Assembly (NCBI RefSeq): GCF_000315625.1
Contig: NW_005434623.1
Location: 22,535-86,534 of the forward strand
Direction of reading: 5' to 3'
Origin: Guillardia theta CCMP2712
Lineage: Eukaryota; Protista; Cryptophyta
Length of the DNA: 64,000 nucleotides
Shown piece after piece: positions 1 through 13,214 of this stretch. The first letter of the stretch is position 1, and each line of letters opens with the position of its first letter. Below the pieces are notes generated by a model. The model was not told where the DNA came from, ran no database searches, and saw only the letters and a program-made list of their open reading frames with translations. The translations under genes were made by a program, and so were the position numbers.

Positions 1-300
1 TTTGCCCGGCGGGCCCGGGGCCCGGGCCGCCCGGCCGGCGGCAGTGCGGCCCGCCGGCCGGCCCGGGCGGACACCGTACGGTACACGGCGGTCACCGTCA
101 CGGATCGGCCCCGGGCCGCGGTGACATTGTGGCACATTTACTCAAAGTTGCGCGCCCGGACCGTACTCCGAGGGCGCGGCGAGCGGAGCCTGACTCGAGG
201 CTCGCGAGGGGGCGCCGGGCGCCCGGCCGCCCGGCCCGGGCCCCCCGCCGCCGGCCGCCCGCGCAGAGATGTAACCGGTGGACACGTCAGAAATAACGGA
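1..300. promoter_or_regulatory. GC-rich palindrome-dense island upstream of cyclophilin, containing TTTACTCAAAGTT (137-149)
   Basis: Very high GC with repeated GGGCCC/CCCGGG/GCCGGC; similar islands precede most genes in the window. Confidence 0.55.
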
Positions 301-609
301 ATACATGGCAAGATTCTTCGCCGAGGATGGTGTCAGAGGAGGACAAAGAAGTAGAAGCTGGATGACACAGGCTCTCGAGATAAGGACAGGACGAGACAGA
401 GGCAGATAGGGTCTTTGAGGGGGTGGGGGGAGGATACAAGGTCGACGATTATGACACTCGGGGTTGTAGAACATCGCTAGAATCATATTTTCATTGTCAA
501 AGGAATTAGTTTAGCTAGGAAGAATACGGACTGATAAACTATCTTGTCATGAAGGACAAGTCTGTCATTCTTTGCAGATGTTGCCATCTCTCTGATCTCG
601 TCCTGCAGT

Positions 610-1456
610 ATGATTCGATCGTTGAAGCTCGCTACTGTTGCTGCTCTGTTGGTTCTTGCTACTGTCGGAGCTGAGGCCAAGAAGAAGGGTCCCAAGGTCA
701 CTACCAAGGTCTTCTTTGACATCACCATTGATGGCAAGGACGCCGGTGAGGCTGCAGAATTGATCTCGACCCTCAGTTGTCCTGACTGCATTTATCTAGG
801 CCGCATCGTGATGGGGCTCTATGGCAAGAGTGTCCCACAGACTGCAGAAAACTTCCGCGCCTTGTCTACTGGCGAGAAGGGATTCGGTTACGAGGGATCT
901 ATCTTCCATCGTGTGATCAAGAACTTCATGATCCAGGTCCTTCAATATCCACTTTGTCCTGAGATGTACACCTTTGCTTACCAACAACAGGGTGGAGACT
1001 TTACTCGTGGAGACGGTACCGGCGGAAAGAGCATCTACGGAGAGAGGTTTGCGGATGAGAACTTCAAGTTCAAGCACACCAAGGGAGGATTGCTCTCCAT
1101 GGCCAATGCTGGCAAGGACACCAATGGCTCGCAGGTTGTCATTTGCGGAGATTCGTTTGCGCATTTGACACTTCTCAGTTCTTTATCACCACCGTGCCCA
1201 CGCCCTGGCTCGATGGCAAGCATGTACGACAGCAGCTGGAGCTCGGAATCTTGAGAAACTGAATTTGATTGTGAATCAGGTTGTTTTCGGAGAGGTTCTT
1301 GAGGGTATGGACCTCGTTCATAAGATCGAGAACTCCAAGACTGACGGCCGTGACAAGCCAGAGAAGGAGGTGTCTATCAGCTGCAGTTAAGTTTCAGCCG
1401 CCTGACCTCATCATGTTCAGGTCAAGATCGCCAAGTCTGGAGAGCTCAAGGAATAA
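610..1456 (+). CDS. PPIB: Cyclophilin-type peptidyl-prolyl cis-trans isomerase with signal peptide (cyclophilin B-like), 6 exons
   Basis: Exons 610-745, 800-936, 991-1134, 1179-1223, 1280-1369 and 1421-1456 are joined by GT-AG introns of 44-56 nt. The product has the motifs [53 protein letters not shown] and WLDGKHVVFG, with a hydrophobic N-terminus. Confidence 0.95.
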
Positions 1457-1722
1457 GTGTACTTTGCGCGAGAGAGTAAAACAGCCAACGCACTCCAAGC
1501 GAATTTGCTCTGATACTTATTCATGTACTCTTCAGCCTCAAAACGGTGATGCTCGATGAGCCCATTGATTGGATATGTCTACGAACTCCTAGATCAGTGG
1601 CATCTCAAATCTCTTAATTTTTTCGTTGTGAAAGTCTTGTAGAATATTCAACCGGCAGATATGATTATCAGCCAAGAAATGTTAGTCAACACGTCCCTGT
1701 AGACATCTCATCTTCTGGTGCG

Positions 1723-3985
1723 TCATTGAGAGACGATGGTGTAAGCGATTCCGGTCTTTGCCTTGACCGTCTGGCACAAATCGATTAAATTAAAGCAGCA
1801 CAAGAGACAAGAGGGATCAGTCGCTAACCTTGATGCGCGAGAGGCTCATGAGAAGAAGGACAAACGCCTTGGTCTTCACTCCAAGTTTGATTTTTTGCTG
1901 CAAGCACGCCAGGTGAACAAACAACAGCAGGAGATCGCGCATACCTGCATCTCTTCTATCGTGAGCGCGTCTGACCCTCCCGCCATGTCTTGTTCGAATC
2001 TGCAATACCATAGCATCAGAGTACTGGAGCGCGTGCAAGAAGCTGACCGCTTGTCCGTTACGAACTCGTTTATCTTCTTGATGGTAGTGTTCAGTTCGTC
2101 GCAGCTGGGAGGGTTCAACCAGAGAGAAGAAAGCAGAGGGATCAACCTGATTTGGTGCCGAAGATAATCGGGAACAGCAGCAAAGTCCTCCCCCGATACC
2201 TGAAGGGCCAGATCAAACCCTTATGGGTCCAGGAGGAGATGACTTTACCTCAGCCATAAGAGGGAACATGCTTTCTCCTCGAGCCTCTTCGGCAGGCGCC
2301 TTGAGTACTTTGGATCTTGAGGTGATCTGTAAGGAGGAGGCCTCCTCTTGCTGAGCTGGCAGCTCTGCGGGAGGAGCAGGTGGGTTGGACAGAGCTTCTG
2401 CCTCGCATTCTGCAGATCCATCTTCGATGTCTCACAACTCATAAGATGTAAATCTACCAGGAAGATGGAATGGGATCTTTTCCGGGGATTTCTTGGCTGC
2501 TTTAAGGAATTCATACTTTCCATGCAGAGGAGAGAAATTGAAGTTTGGAGAACTGTTTTCATCTGTTCGCATGCAGTCAGACAGCATGAGATTCGATTAA
2601 CCTGAACCAGGTTGGGACTTGGGGGCACTCGATTCAATCTCCTTCCTCTTGTTAGTCACTTCAAACATAAGGCTGTTGTCACCTGGGTCGCCTCCTTCAG
2701 GGCAGCGGGATGTTTGCTTGCAGCTTCGTTGAGAATTCCCAAGGAAAGCGAGGAGATGGCGAAATCCTCGAGGTCTGGCGTCTTCGGCTCCACCTGCTCA
2801 TCCTCAACCTGTGCCACATGCAAGCACGCGAGACCTGCAGGTATGCGGGGACTGGCGCGGGAGACTCGAACTTGACTCCGACGCTGACGTCAATTGACGC
2901 TTTCTTGACGCATGGGGTCAAGGTCTCCACCAGCGAGAGCTTGCTTTTGTCCTGCATACAATCTGCCAACATGTGAGACGACTGGTCTTTCCACCCCTCT
3001 CCCTCCCCTCCCCTCCGCCTCTCCTCTTCGACATCACCATCATACTCTCCTCTTCCTCTGTCTTACCAAGGCTTGCATCAATGTCGTGGAGGCACTTGGC
3101 ATTGAATGGGACATATCCGTTGGCCTGCACATGTTGTCACTCTACCGAGGTGAGGGAATCGAACTCACAGGGTCGGACTCAAGTTGGCACTCGAGACAGT
3201 CGATGAGCTTCTGGTTTTCTGCACTCATGCCTTTGTATACCTTACAGATCTCCTGGAGAGATGGTCACTGCTGAAATACGTGTAAGAGGATTTCACACAT
3301 GCAAAGTAGGAGAGTGCAAAGAATGCAGAAGTCGACTGATTTGATCTCTTGTGCTGTGAACATCATCCTGCGTTGATTGAGATGAGAAAACAAGACCAGC
3401 AAGAATACTTTCATGTCCTCCAGGAAAGGGATCCTTGACGCCACCGCCCCTGAGGAAGCCGGAGGATGCTGCAAGGCGGCCTGCCATGTGTTTCAGTAGG
3501 AAGGAAGGTTCAGAGACGGTAGTGACTCGAGGAGTCAACGAAAATGTCAGCCGATAGAGTCTGATATCATAACCCAGCTTATCAGTGAGAACATTGCGAT
3601 TTGAATGAGGGTTCGAGCAAGGATCGCCACATCAGCGACGATGGTTTGATGATTCCGTAAATTATGATAAAGGAAGAAGCAGGAGCAACATAATGAGGAT
3701 GAGTACAAAAAGACCCTGTGATCTCTGATATTGCGAAGATGAACATGACGGCAAAAACCAACAGTGATGATGACAACCATATTGCATGGTGACTGCAGTG
3801 ATGCTAGAAGAAAGTATGAATGCATGCTCGATAATCTTGAATGCTAGATGATTGTTTGAACAACAGCATAATGATTTGGTAGACGAGGAGGAGAGGGAAA
3901 ATCATGGTGGGAGCAGGGGAACGATTGATGCAGTGAAGATTATCCTCCTCACCTTCAGTTCTGCTCTGTCTTCGTCTACTGCCAT
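1723..3985 (-). CDS. Multi-exon gene, probable spindle/kinetochore-associated protein 3 (SKA3-like)
   Basis: Exon peptides include KTPDLEDFAIS (resembles the SKA3 TPxLEDFG motif) and a C-terminal VSGEDFAAVPDYLRH...DELNTTIKKINEF...TVKAKTGIAYTIVSQ*. The ATG at 3985 (MAVDEDRAELK) is followed by a GT donor. The exon chain was not fully traced. Confidence 0.5.
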
Positions 3986-4106
3986 GGCAAAGGAAGAGAG
4001 CTCATGGAGGAACGTCGCCATCACGCCGATTCAAAAATTGTCTTGAAGCGGGCCAGCCGATTATTTTTGTATAATCATTATTACTGGTTAGAAGGTATTA
4101 TTATTA

Positions 4107-4743
4107 CTCTCCTGATTGTCCTCGTACTGATCTTTAACTTAACTTTGAGTAAAGGAGCCTCCTTTATGGCCCCCTGAGGGGTCATTTAACCGGAAGTTCA
4201 CTGAGTTGCTAGTCAGTACGATCCGATCCGCCGGACTGGGTTTACGGCCCGGGCGGTCCGAGGTCGGAGGCTCAGGCTGTTCAAGCCGCAGTGGGTGACT
4301 CGCCGTACCGTGTCGGGTGACGGACTGATGACTCGGATCGGAGTCACTGACGCCGCGCACGGTACTCCGCGGAGCCTCGGAGCGGAGTCGACGTTCCGGG
4401 CCGGTGGCACAGGCTGACCTGTCCGATCCGGCCGCCGCGTGGGCCCGCCGGGTTTAAAGAGATGCGGCAGCGAACTTCGGAAGCCCAAAGGACGGTTGGC
4501 CGGGAGCCGCCGGGTCACTCGGAGTACGGTCAGGCTCGGCCGCCACGGTGACTCTGGCTACCGTAGTACCGTCCGACCAAGAAGTTCCGAACTTCAGTTA
4601 GTCCGAGTCACTCACAGTAGTGACCTCGGACGGTAACTTTGAGTAAAATACTGAGTAAAGCCTTTACTCAGCCGAAGACCGTGTACTCTCATTTACTCAA
4701 AGTTAAGTTAAAACTTTCATCAGTACGAGGACAATCAGGAGAG
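4107..4743. mobile_element. Inverted-repeat-bounded GC-rich element (MITE-like or bidirectional promoter island)
   Basis: The left arm 4107-4153 (CTCTCCTGATTGTCCTCGTACTGAT...TTTAACTTAACTTTGAGTAAA) is mirrored by 4692-4743 on the reverse strand. It lies between two divergent genes. No target-site duplication is evident. Confidence 0.5.
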
Positions 4744-5492
4744 ACGACTGGGAGGCTTGGAGGCTTGACCCTGACACTGTCGCACAGTGTCAGTGGCCGC
4801 GCAAACTTAAATTTAAGACCGTATCGGATGTCTTTAGTACTGCGCCGTAACTCGAGCCGATCTCTGTCCGATCACCGTGGCAGCGGCCGGCTGTGAGCCT
4901 CCGGGCCCCGGGTGATGATCTAGTGATGAAATGAAAGTTCGAGTCATGGGCTTTTTTAAGTTGTCTGGTACGTCACCGGCCCCCCTGACCCCTTCCAGGG
5001 AATCAGGGGGTACCGTGCAATGAATAAGATGGTGGGGGTCTACCCGGTCCCGGACCATTGACTGCTGACTGGATGATGGACGAAAAGAATAGGTTTCGAC
5101 CGTTTATCCACTCGTTGGACTCTTATGGAGTAAACCCAAAATAGTGAATATAAAAATACAACAAGTGAGACGTTGCATTTATAGAATTTTTCATTCAGAA
5201 TCTCGGGCGAGTATGTGAAGCAGTACGAAATCGCAATTCATCATCAATATACTCAAGCTACCACCCCCTTCAGTACCCCACCATTCTCCTCTAAAAGCAC
5301 CCGATCAATTTTACCCCCGTTGAGTACGACTGCACCCTTCGACTCTGCTAGTCATCATCATCACCCCTCCCTCCGTCATCACTCCCCCATCCTCCCCATC
5401 CACTCTTTTCCTCTTCTTTCCTCGCTGTCAAGCTTATCTCCTCCAAAACAACTTTCACGGATCTTTGACACCTCTTGAGAGGAAACTAGAAC

Positions 5493-6972
5493 ATGCGCAA
5501 CAAACATCCTCCTCCCCTCGACGTTGAACCGATTTCGACTTCATCTGCATTGAATGGTCGAAACTTGAGTAGACGAATGTCAACTGAAAATGCAATTCCA
5601 AAGCGAACCTCACAGAAGTCACGGAGGCTTACAATTCATTCTGTTGAGGAAGTCACGCGAAGGCCGTCAATCAAAACGAAGTCTCACTTGATTCAAAGCC
5701 CCAAGACTCGCAAGGTCTCCATTGCTGCAATTCCCAACAAACACTCCTCTCCGACAAGCCGCAAGTCGATTAGCCTCGCCAGAACAGAGTCGGCGAGCAG
5801 AGCCAAGACATCGTTGTCAAAACGACTTTCTCTCCCTGCAGATATTGCGACTCTGGTAAGCCTACGCTTTTGATAGATCATATGTACCACACATTTGACC
5901 TTCGTGCTTACTGATCTCTTTTTTTCAGCAGGAGATGTCTGATATCAAGGCGCCAACAAAAGAAGAGCTTAAAAGACCCGCGTCTTCACAAAAAAATACT
6001 TCATCCCTTCTGGCAAGGACAAGAATGCAGAAGGCTGCGAGAAAGATTCAGATGGCTATGGTGGATATCATTTTCCATGCATTTGCAGTATCTTATATTG
6101 TCACAGGCTTTCAGCCTCTCTTCGCAAGTCCAGGCAATGAGGAATCAAATAGACAGCGCCAACGAAGAAGTTTTGAAGGCCCGGGCAGTTCTCGAGCAAG
6201 CGCATGAAGAAATACAATCAGTCAACATCAGACGAGGATGGCTCAAGATGTCTTCCTCCAGAAAGCTGTTGAGTCCTGGTCGTGGGGTAAGATGTCTGCA
6301 TCTCCCTTAGGGCCTCTGACTTGAAAGCAGCTAAAGCTCCCCAGATGGCCTTCACGAAAGGGAGACGCAGCTGGCTGGAGGCTTCATAGCTCTAACTCTC
6401 CTTCTTCCAAGCTGGCTAGATCTGGATCGCACAGGCTGTTATCAAAGAATGCTTTTGTTGCTAGACAACCTTCCATGCGGTTGTGCTCCGACGATATTAT
6501 TGATGAAGAAGGAAATGTAAAAACAGATGACCAAGTAATTCTTGCTTCAATGCGAAACAGACAAAATCCTTCGGAGGGCAACAACTCAAGTTTTAAGTTG
6601 AAGAGAGCAACCACGTTTGTATCCAAGACAGAAAAGATGAAAATTGAGCAGTTCCTTGCACAGAACTCTTTCAAGAAGAAGTCAACCGAAGCAAAGAATT
6701 TGATTGTGCGTGGCTCCAGCAAGAAGCTGATCAGCCCCAAACTCATGGAGCAGCAAACGGAAGTGACCCAGCGCAAGGTTGCTGCGGAAGACTCAGTTGA
6801 CGATGATGCAAAGGAACACGAAGTGTCAACTTGGAGTCCTCAGGCCTGTAGAAGATACTTACCTGGAATAGGTAAAAAATGGGTCAGGACAAGCCATGGT
6901 TGTGCTGTCAAGGTCTTGGATGACATTTTGACACCAAGAACCATGTTACGAAATGCAGCAGAAGTATTTTAG
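5493..6972 (+). CDS. Uncharacterised basic, Ser/Lys/Arg-rich multi-exon protein with a coiled-coil segment
   Basis: Same-strand ORF pieces 5493-5856, 5935-6060, 6107-6287 and 6331-6972 are separated by short GT-AG introns. No recognisable domain; the 3' end is uncertain. Confidence 0.55.
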
Positions 6973-8637
6973 ATGGCTGCGATTGAATGTATGAATAAAT
7001 ATTTGGAATATTAATGGAAAAAATTGTGATATAATTGTGTCAAAAGGTTGAAACAATGTCGGGTAAAAAGATTCACTTCATAACATTGTAAGCCCCTGTT
7101 GCTGCTTTGAGGACAGTCGCTTGCTTCCGTCTAACGTTTCCACTATCTGCATGTACAGATGTGATCAATTTTACATCCAATGCGAGTTGGTGGAGAAGAA
7201 ATTGGTCGAGTTGATGGATTTCTTCTTGTTCCTCTGAGAATCTCCTGCATCCCAAATTAACATGGGAAGCACAAATAATCTTTCAATCTTTCACCGTGAG
7301 CAGCCAACGCCGCAGCGATGGGGTCCGAAGAATCACCAGATCCAGCGGCATTTGCAACAGCATCAATGCCACCAAAGAGCATCTGGAAGCGCTGCTTCCT
7401 GTAATCGGACTGCTCCTTGTTGCTATCGGGAAGGAATTTTGCGATCTAGACGAAACGTCAAATACTATCAAACAAGCAAGCCTCGAACGAAATGAACAAG
7501 GCAAGGTTGGCATATAAATATCAAACGCATGCAAGACGTGACATAAACCAATGGAGATATCATCAACATGGAAGTTCATCGCTTACAAAGAACCAGATTC
7601 TCGAGTGAAATGCAAAAGCAGATGGCCCCAAATAAAGATGAGAAATAGCCACACCAGATGACAGACAGCAATGCAAAAAGTAAGAATTGAATTGTTCGCA
7701 TTACAATAACAAGGCTTCAAAAACATCAGAAGAAAACTGAATTACAAAATGCATCATCATAATCACTTCGTGCAAAGGGAAATTGCTGCCCGAATGTAAC
7801 AGCATTGAAAGCAAATTAGCTCTGGGAAGGGGATGTGCGGGGCAAGCAATCAACGTCATGAAGGAATATCAATCTTTCCAATCATATTTCAGGCTTGACA
7901 TACAATCAGAGAGTCGGGATGAAGCGCTAGGGCGTAAGGGAGAGTAACATTGGATTGTTTTGCTCACCATTGCGGGTACCGCGGGTTTCCGGATTTAGAA
8001 CTTAAAAGGACCCCAAGGCTTTTGTATAAGTAATAGAGAGTGATGTCGTAGATATTTATAAAGTAACTTATATATTGCAGTACCTTTTTACATGTGTTCG
8101 AAAAATCATTATATAAATGTGGTACAATATATAAAATGAGGAAAAAATTGTCAGAACCACAATCCTTCAATTGCTTCGTACATACATAAACTTCTATAAA
8201 TAAATCTGTACCATAATGACTTAGATATAACTCATTTTATTTTGTTTGCGACGTAGTGCGGGCTCCCGGGCCCGGCGGGCCGCCAATCAAGATTCAAACT
8301 CGCCACAACTACACGCTGTCTGCTACACGCCTTTTCAAAATTGAGCAGGCGTAAATTAAAAAGAGGGTTGGCATCAAAGTAGAGAGGACAACGAAGGACA
8401 AGAGACAAGAGCAGACGCTCGAGGTGAAGAGAGAAGTGAAGGAGTGAAAGGAGATCGTTGCCAAGACAATGATGACCTTGTGGCCCAGGAAGAATGCTAC
8501 AACCTGCCTTCCTGCCGAGAACTGCGTTCTCCCCCCATTTATCCTTTCAACCACACTTGCCCACTCGCCAGCGAGTCTCGACCGGTCAAAATATTTTTCT
8601 TTTTGCTGTTCCTGTGCTGCTTCTCTAAGGTTGGACA

Positions 8638-11026
8638 ATGGCAGGGATGGCGAAGTCTCTCTCTCATCCGACTCCTCCCACACTGACTAGGAAGCAAGTA
8701 TTCTACCTCGGCCTGCTGTGGCTGTTTCAAGCGATTCCTGCGATCTCCAAGGAGGACAGCGGTCTTGCCCTTCAAGTTGGGCTGGGAACATGTTGCCCGT
8801 GCGAGGTAAACATTCTTCGCTACTTGTCCCTTGATCTGACTGTATCGCTCTCCTCAATTTCCCTCATTGGACTGAGTCCATTTCTTCTCTGCTTCAGCTC
8901 CCAACATCTTCTGACCCCGACGAGAACAACAAGATTTGTGATGCAGTGGGTCCTCTTGCTTGTTGCCTGAGAGCTCTGTGCCGTTGAGCACTCGAGCTCG
9001 AGTTTCGTGGAGACTCTTCGATTTATCGCAGCGAGTGAGTCCGTTTGATCAGACGAAGCGCCAAGTGCTGGATGCGTTGAGAGTCGGGTATCGCTTCGTC
9101 GACACAGCTGCTCACTACAACAACGTGAGCGAGGAGGCTACTGGCCCCGACTGAGCCTGGTGGTAGGAGCGATCCATCGGAGAGGCGATCGATGAGGCGG
9201 TGAGGGCTGTGGGTCTGAGATCGCCGATTGACTGCGACCCTATCGTCGCATGCTCGCGGCAGGTGGCTTCTAAACTCCTCCAGAAGAGCGACGTCAAAGT
9301 TTGCTCCAAGGTGACTCGTGGGAGATCGCTTGACTGGTGTGATGGCAGTGACTTGCGCCTCAGATATGGTTTGATGACATGGGCTACGACCAGGTTGTTT
9401 TCTTTCCTGTCTGTCTTGATGCGATACGATGTAGCTGATCCGTGAATCGAGATGAGACCTTTGTCTTCACATGACGACCTTGTCGGAGCTAACATGCATG
9501 ATGCTGTATCAAGACAAAGAAGGCGTTCGGCTTGTCCTGCTCAAACCTCAATGTCGACGACTCACTCGAGCTGATGCTCATCCACTTCCCGGGAACCATC
9601 GATACGCTTCAGAGCCCCGCGAAGAACAAGAAGTGCTGGGCCCCTGCTGGAAGATGCCGCCCTGACCAGTTGCTCCGTCAGGTTGAGGAGTGAAACATGG
9701 AGGGCCCTGGAGGATCTGAAGATGGCGGGGAAGGTGATTTCATTGGGCTGAAAGGCATGCGATGACAGGAAGGCGGCAGGTCAAACACATCGGGGTGTCA
9801 AACTATGTCAGGAGACACATGAAAGAACTGTTAGCAAGTTGTCGAATCAAGGTTGAAGTGCTCTCCTCCTCCTCCTTTGCTTTTGCACAACTTTTCAAAC
9901 TCATTTATCTCCACTCTGCGACTCCACTCCACTCTGCTCTGCTCTACTCGACTCTACTCGACTCGACTCTACTCTACTCTGTCTGCTCTCTTCTCTCTGC
10001 TCAAGTTCCTGTTTTTTGAATCTCTTCTTCTGCTGATGTTTACCTCCTGACGTCTTTGATCTCAGCCGGATGTGGTACAGATGGAGATTCATCCCTACTT
10101 TCAACAAAGGGAGTTAGTGAGGTAAGCAGGGCAACACAAGTTTCTTCCTTTTCTCATTCTTCGCCTGCAGTTTCTGCCAGCAGCAAGGCATACAAGTAAG
10201 TCTTGGCGCTCGGAATGAGACCGCTCTTCTTTTACTGTTCTCTGTCTGGAACACGTCATGCTCACTGTTTCTGATTCTGTCTGCTCTGCTGCCTGGTTGC
10301 AATTCTTCTCATATCATGGTTGAGTTTTGTTTCATCGATTTCACTCGTTCTTTCACCTTTCAGGTACATGCCTCGTCTCCCCTCGCTCATGGTGACCGAC
10401 AACTCCTGCAAGACCCCACGCTGCACAAGCTCTCAAGCAAATACAAGAAGAGCGTCCCTCAGGCACATTCAGACATGATCGAATTTTGAGGATGGCGATG
10501 CATTGATGGGAACGATGTTGATGAAGTGATGAAAGGGATGATGAAACTGATCGTGAGGAGGAGGATGTTGATCTTTCCATCAATGCTTTGTTAACTCTTT
10601 AAACTCTAGGTAATCATCCGTTGGCTTCTTCAGGAGAACATCTTGCCAATAGTCAAGTCCGAATCAAGTGCAAGGTTGCTCTATGACAAATGATTATGAT
10701 CATAACGTGGATGAGAGTGCTTGAATACTTGATAGAAATAAGGAAGGCATATTGCTACTATGTCACTTCAACCTTGCAGATTGCAGGAGAACTTTCAATC
10801 AACTGATTTCAGATTGACGGAGGAGGTGAGATCAAAGTTTTCTGTACCCTCCTCGTTCTCTTTTTCTCTTCCTCCTGCATGGTGTGAACAATCACGTATG
10901 TTGAGCAGAAGAAGGGGCAGATGTAGCAGCAGAGAACCAGCAGTGTAGGGAGTCAGCACCATCAGAAGAAGAAGCAGGAGCAGGAACATGTGCAGGTGGA
11001 GAAGGTACAGGTGCAAGCGTAAATAG

Positions 11027-11075
<49 letters not shown>

Positions 11076-11235
11076 GGTGTGGTCAGCTTACAAGTGAGTA
11101 GACATTTAATGTGGATGCAGCATCTCTCTCTCTCGGTGTGATGCTTCAAGACTGAAAGGATGACAGGAGCTGCAAGAAATCAGAAGCCTGGACAGAGACA
11201 AGAGGGTTGGTTTCGATCCAAACTTGATAGTGTAA
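8638..11235 (+). CDS. Aldo/keto reductase, highly fragmented by introns, with a possible targeting leader
   Basis: Exon peptides GYRFVDTAAHYNN-E, VCSK-IW, LMLIHFP, TWRALEDL..GK-VKHIGVSNY, QMEIHPY, QVIIRWLLQ..PIVKS, RLQENF and a final ELQEIRSLDRDKRVGFDPNLIV* match the AKR family. Confidence 0.9.
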
Positions 11236-11477
11236 TAACATTCAAATCTCATTCAATATTGATGGTACATTCAAACCTCTCTTTGATCTTCTCTTGAAAC
11301 TTCTCTCTGCCCTCTCCCCCCCCCCCCCACCCCCTTCTCTTCCTGGTCCCATCTCCATCACCCGTGGGGCCTGCAAGGAGGAGGGAGAAGCAACGGAGCC
11401 TTCGGCGACCCGTCTTCCCCCAAGTTCTCCTCGAACCTCAGTGTAGGGATCCCAGCTAGGGTGTTCCTACAAGACAG

Positions 11478-13171
11478 TCATAGAGGCTCTAGAAACTCCG
11501 CTGCTTCACCGACGAGCTGGGAAATGTTCACGATGAGGCCCTAAAAATAACCAGCAGGTCAAGAACGAAAAGACAGCGACTAAGGATGACTCTTGGCTAC
11601 ATGTTGTTATATGACCCACAGCTACATGTTGTATGACTCTTTCTCTACCTCGCTTTGTGACTTTTCTCTACCTGTTGTGTTGTAAGTCAAGTTCAGCCTT
11701 GGAAGAGCAACGTCATTGTGCTGAGAGCTGCAAACATTCAACAATCTTCATGCCATGCCATGATTGACCTGTTTGTGGTATGATGCTGATGCTGATGCTG
11801 ATCTTGCTGCTCCTCTCCCCTGGCGTGGTTTTGCTGAGCCTGGTCAAGACGACAATCACGATTTGAGGCGCAGGTGTCAACTTACTGACTTTGTTCAGCT
11901 TGACCTGCCTCGTCGACCTGTCGAGGTTCAGCAACGATGACGAAGAAAACAACAAACGTCACATCTTTCTCTTCTCGGTTGCATCATCTACTTTCAGTCT
12001 TGTTCGTGTCAGAGCAGGAAAGTCGACTGTGATTTCTCGAACTCACTTGAAGTCACTCCAAACTCGTAGACTCAAAGTTGCAAAGACGTTGTGACCGAAG
12101 TTTGAAACCCAGCTTGATGGAATCTGTTTCATCAGACATCAGATATGGATTCTTCTCTCTTGGATCTTCACGCAGCATTCAAATATTATAACAAAGTGGA
12201 CGGCATCACAATGAAAATCAACAATGACGAATACGAAAACAACTTTTAATAGCATCATCAACAACATCAGCGGCAGATCAGCAGCATCGCCATCGTCATC
12301 GCCATCGCCATCGTAATTGTCATCGTCATCTTCATCGCCTCTCACTCTCTTGGGTCGGAGGATCACAAAGCTCTCGCTGCTCTTGCTCTGTTGCTCTACG
12401 ACCTGCATGTCCTCCCATGGCCCTCGCCAGAGACCCTGCCTGGCGTGAAAGTTGACAAGAGAACAGGAAGACAAAGATGAGGGAAAGAGTTGAGATAGGA
12501 AGCAGGAGGGTTCAACTTTTCGTTGGCAGAGATCTGAAAGATAACTTCAGCCGACTTGACGTCAAACTCGATGGAGGTGTAGGGAAGTGACCTGGAAGGG
12601 TTGTGAGGAGTCGGAGAGGAGAAGACGTAAAGGTATGACGAAGAGGAGAAGAGCGACAACAGATGACTGAGCAACACAAGATTTGGAAGAGAATGGAAGT
12701 CACAGTAGAGCAGCACCAGCAGGGATTACTTATTACCAGGCCTTGCAAGGCGCGAGGGGTCCCATGAGGCTCTTGCGGTAAGCAGGAGAGGAGGAGATCT
12801 CTTCGAAACTTTCACTTGCTCTTCGAACTTCATTCCTTGCTGTAACTACACATCAGAACAGCTCGGTGCTTCTACTGCCTTCTCCTCTCCTCCCTTCCCC
12901 TCCTGCCTCCTCCTGACCTTCCGCTCCTTCTTTCTCTCTCTCCTCTCCCCGTCCCTCCTCCTTGCTCTTGCTCTGACTTCTCTACTGTCTCAGGGTCTTT
13001 ACCCGTCAAAGATTTTGAATTCGCTGCTTTAGAGTTGACAGACCTGCAAGCACGCAAATGAATAAAAGACAAGAAAGACATTGAGCTAGGAGGCAGACAA
13101 TAAAAAGCAGGAGGAAACAAAATGCAAACAAAATGGTGGATTGAAAGTTTGACAGGAATGCAGGAGGAAGT

Positions 13172-13214
<43 letters not shown>

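Noticed and set aside
7073-7579. Small ORFs between the 5493 gene and the AKR gene
   Set aside because: No recognisable motifs or consistent exon chain; cannot be supported.
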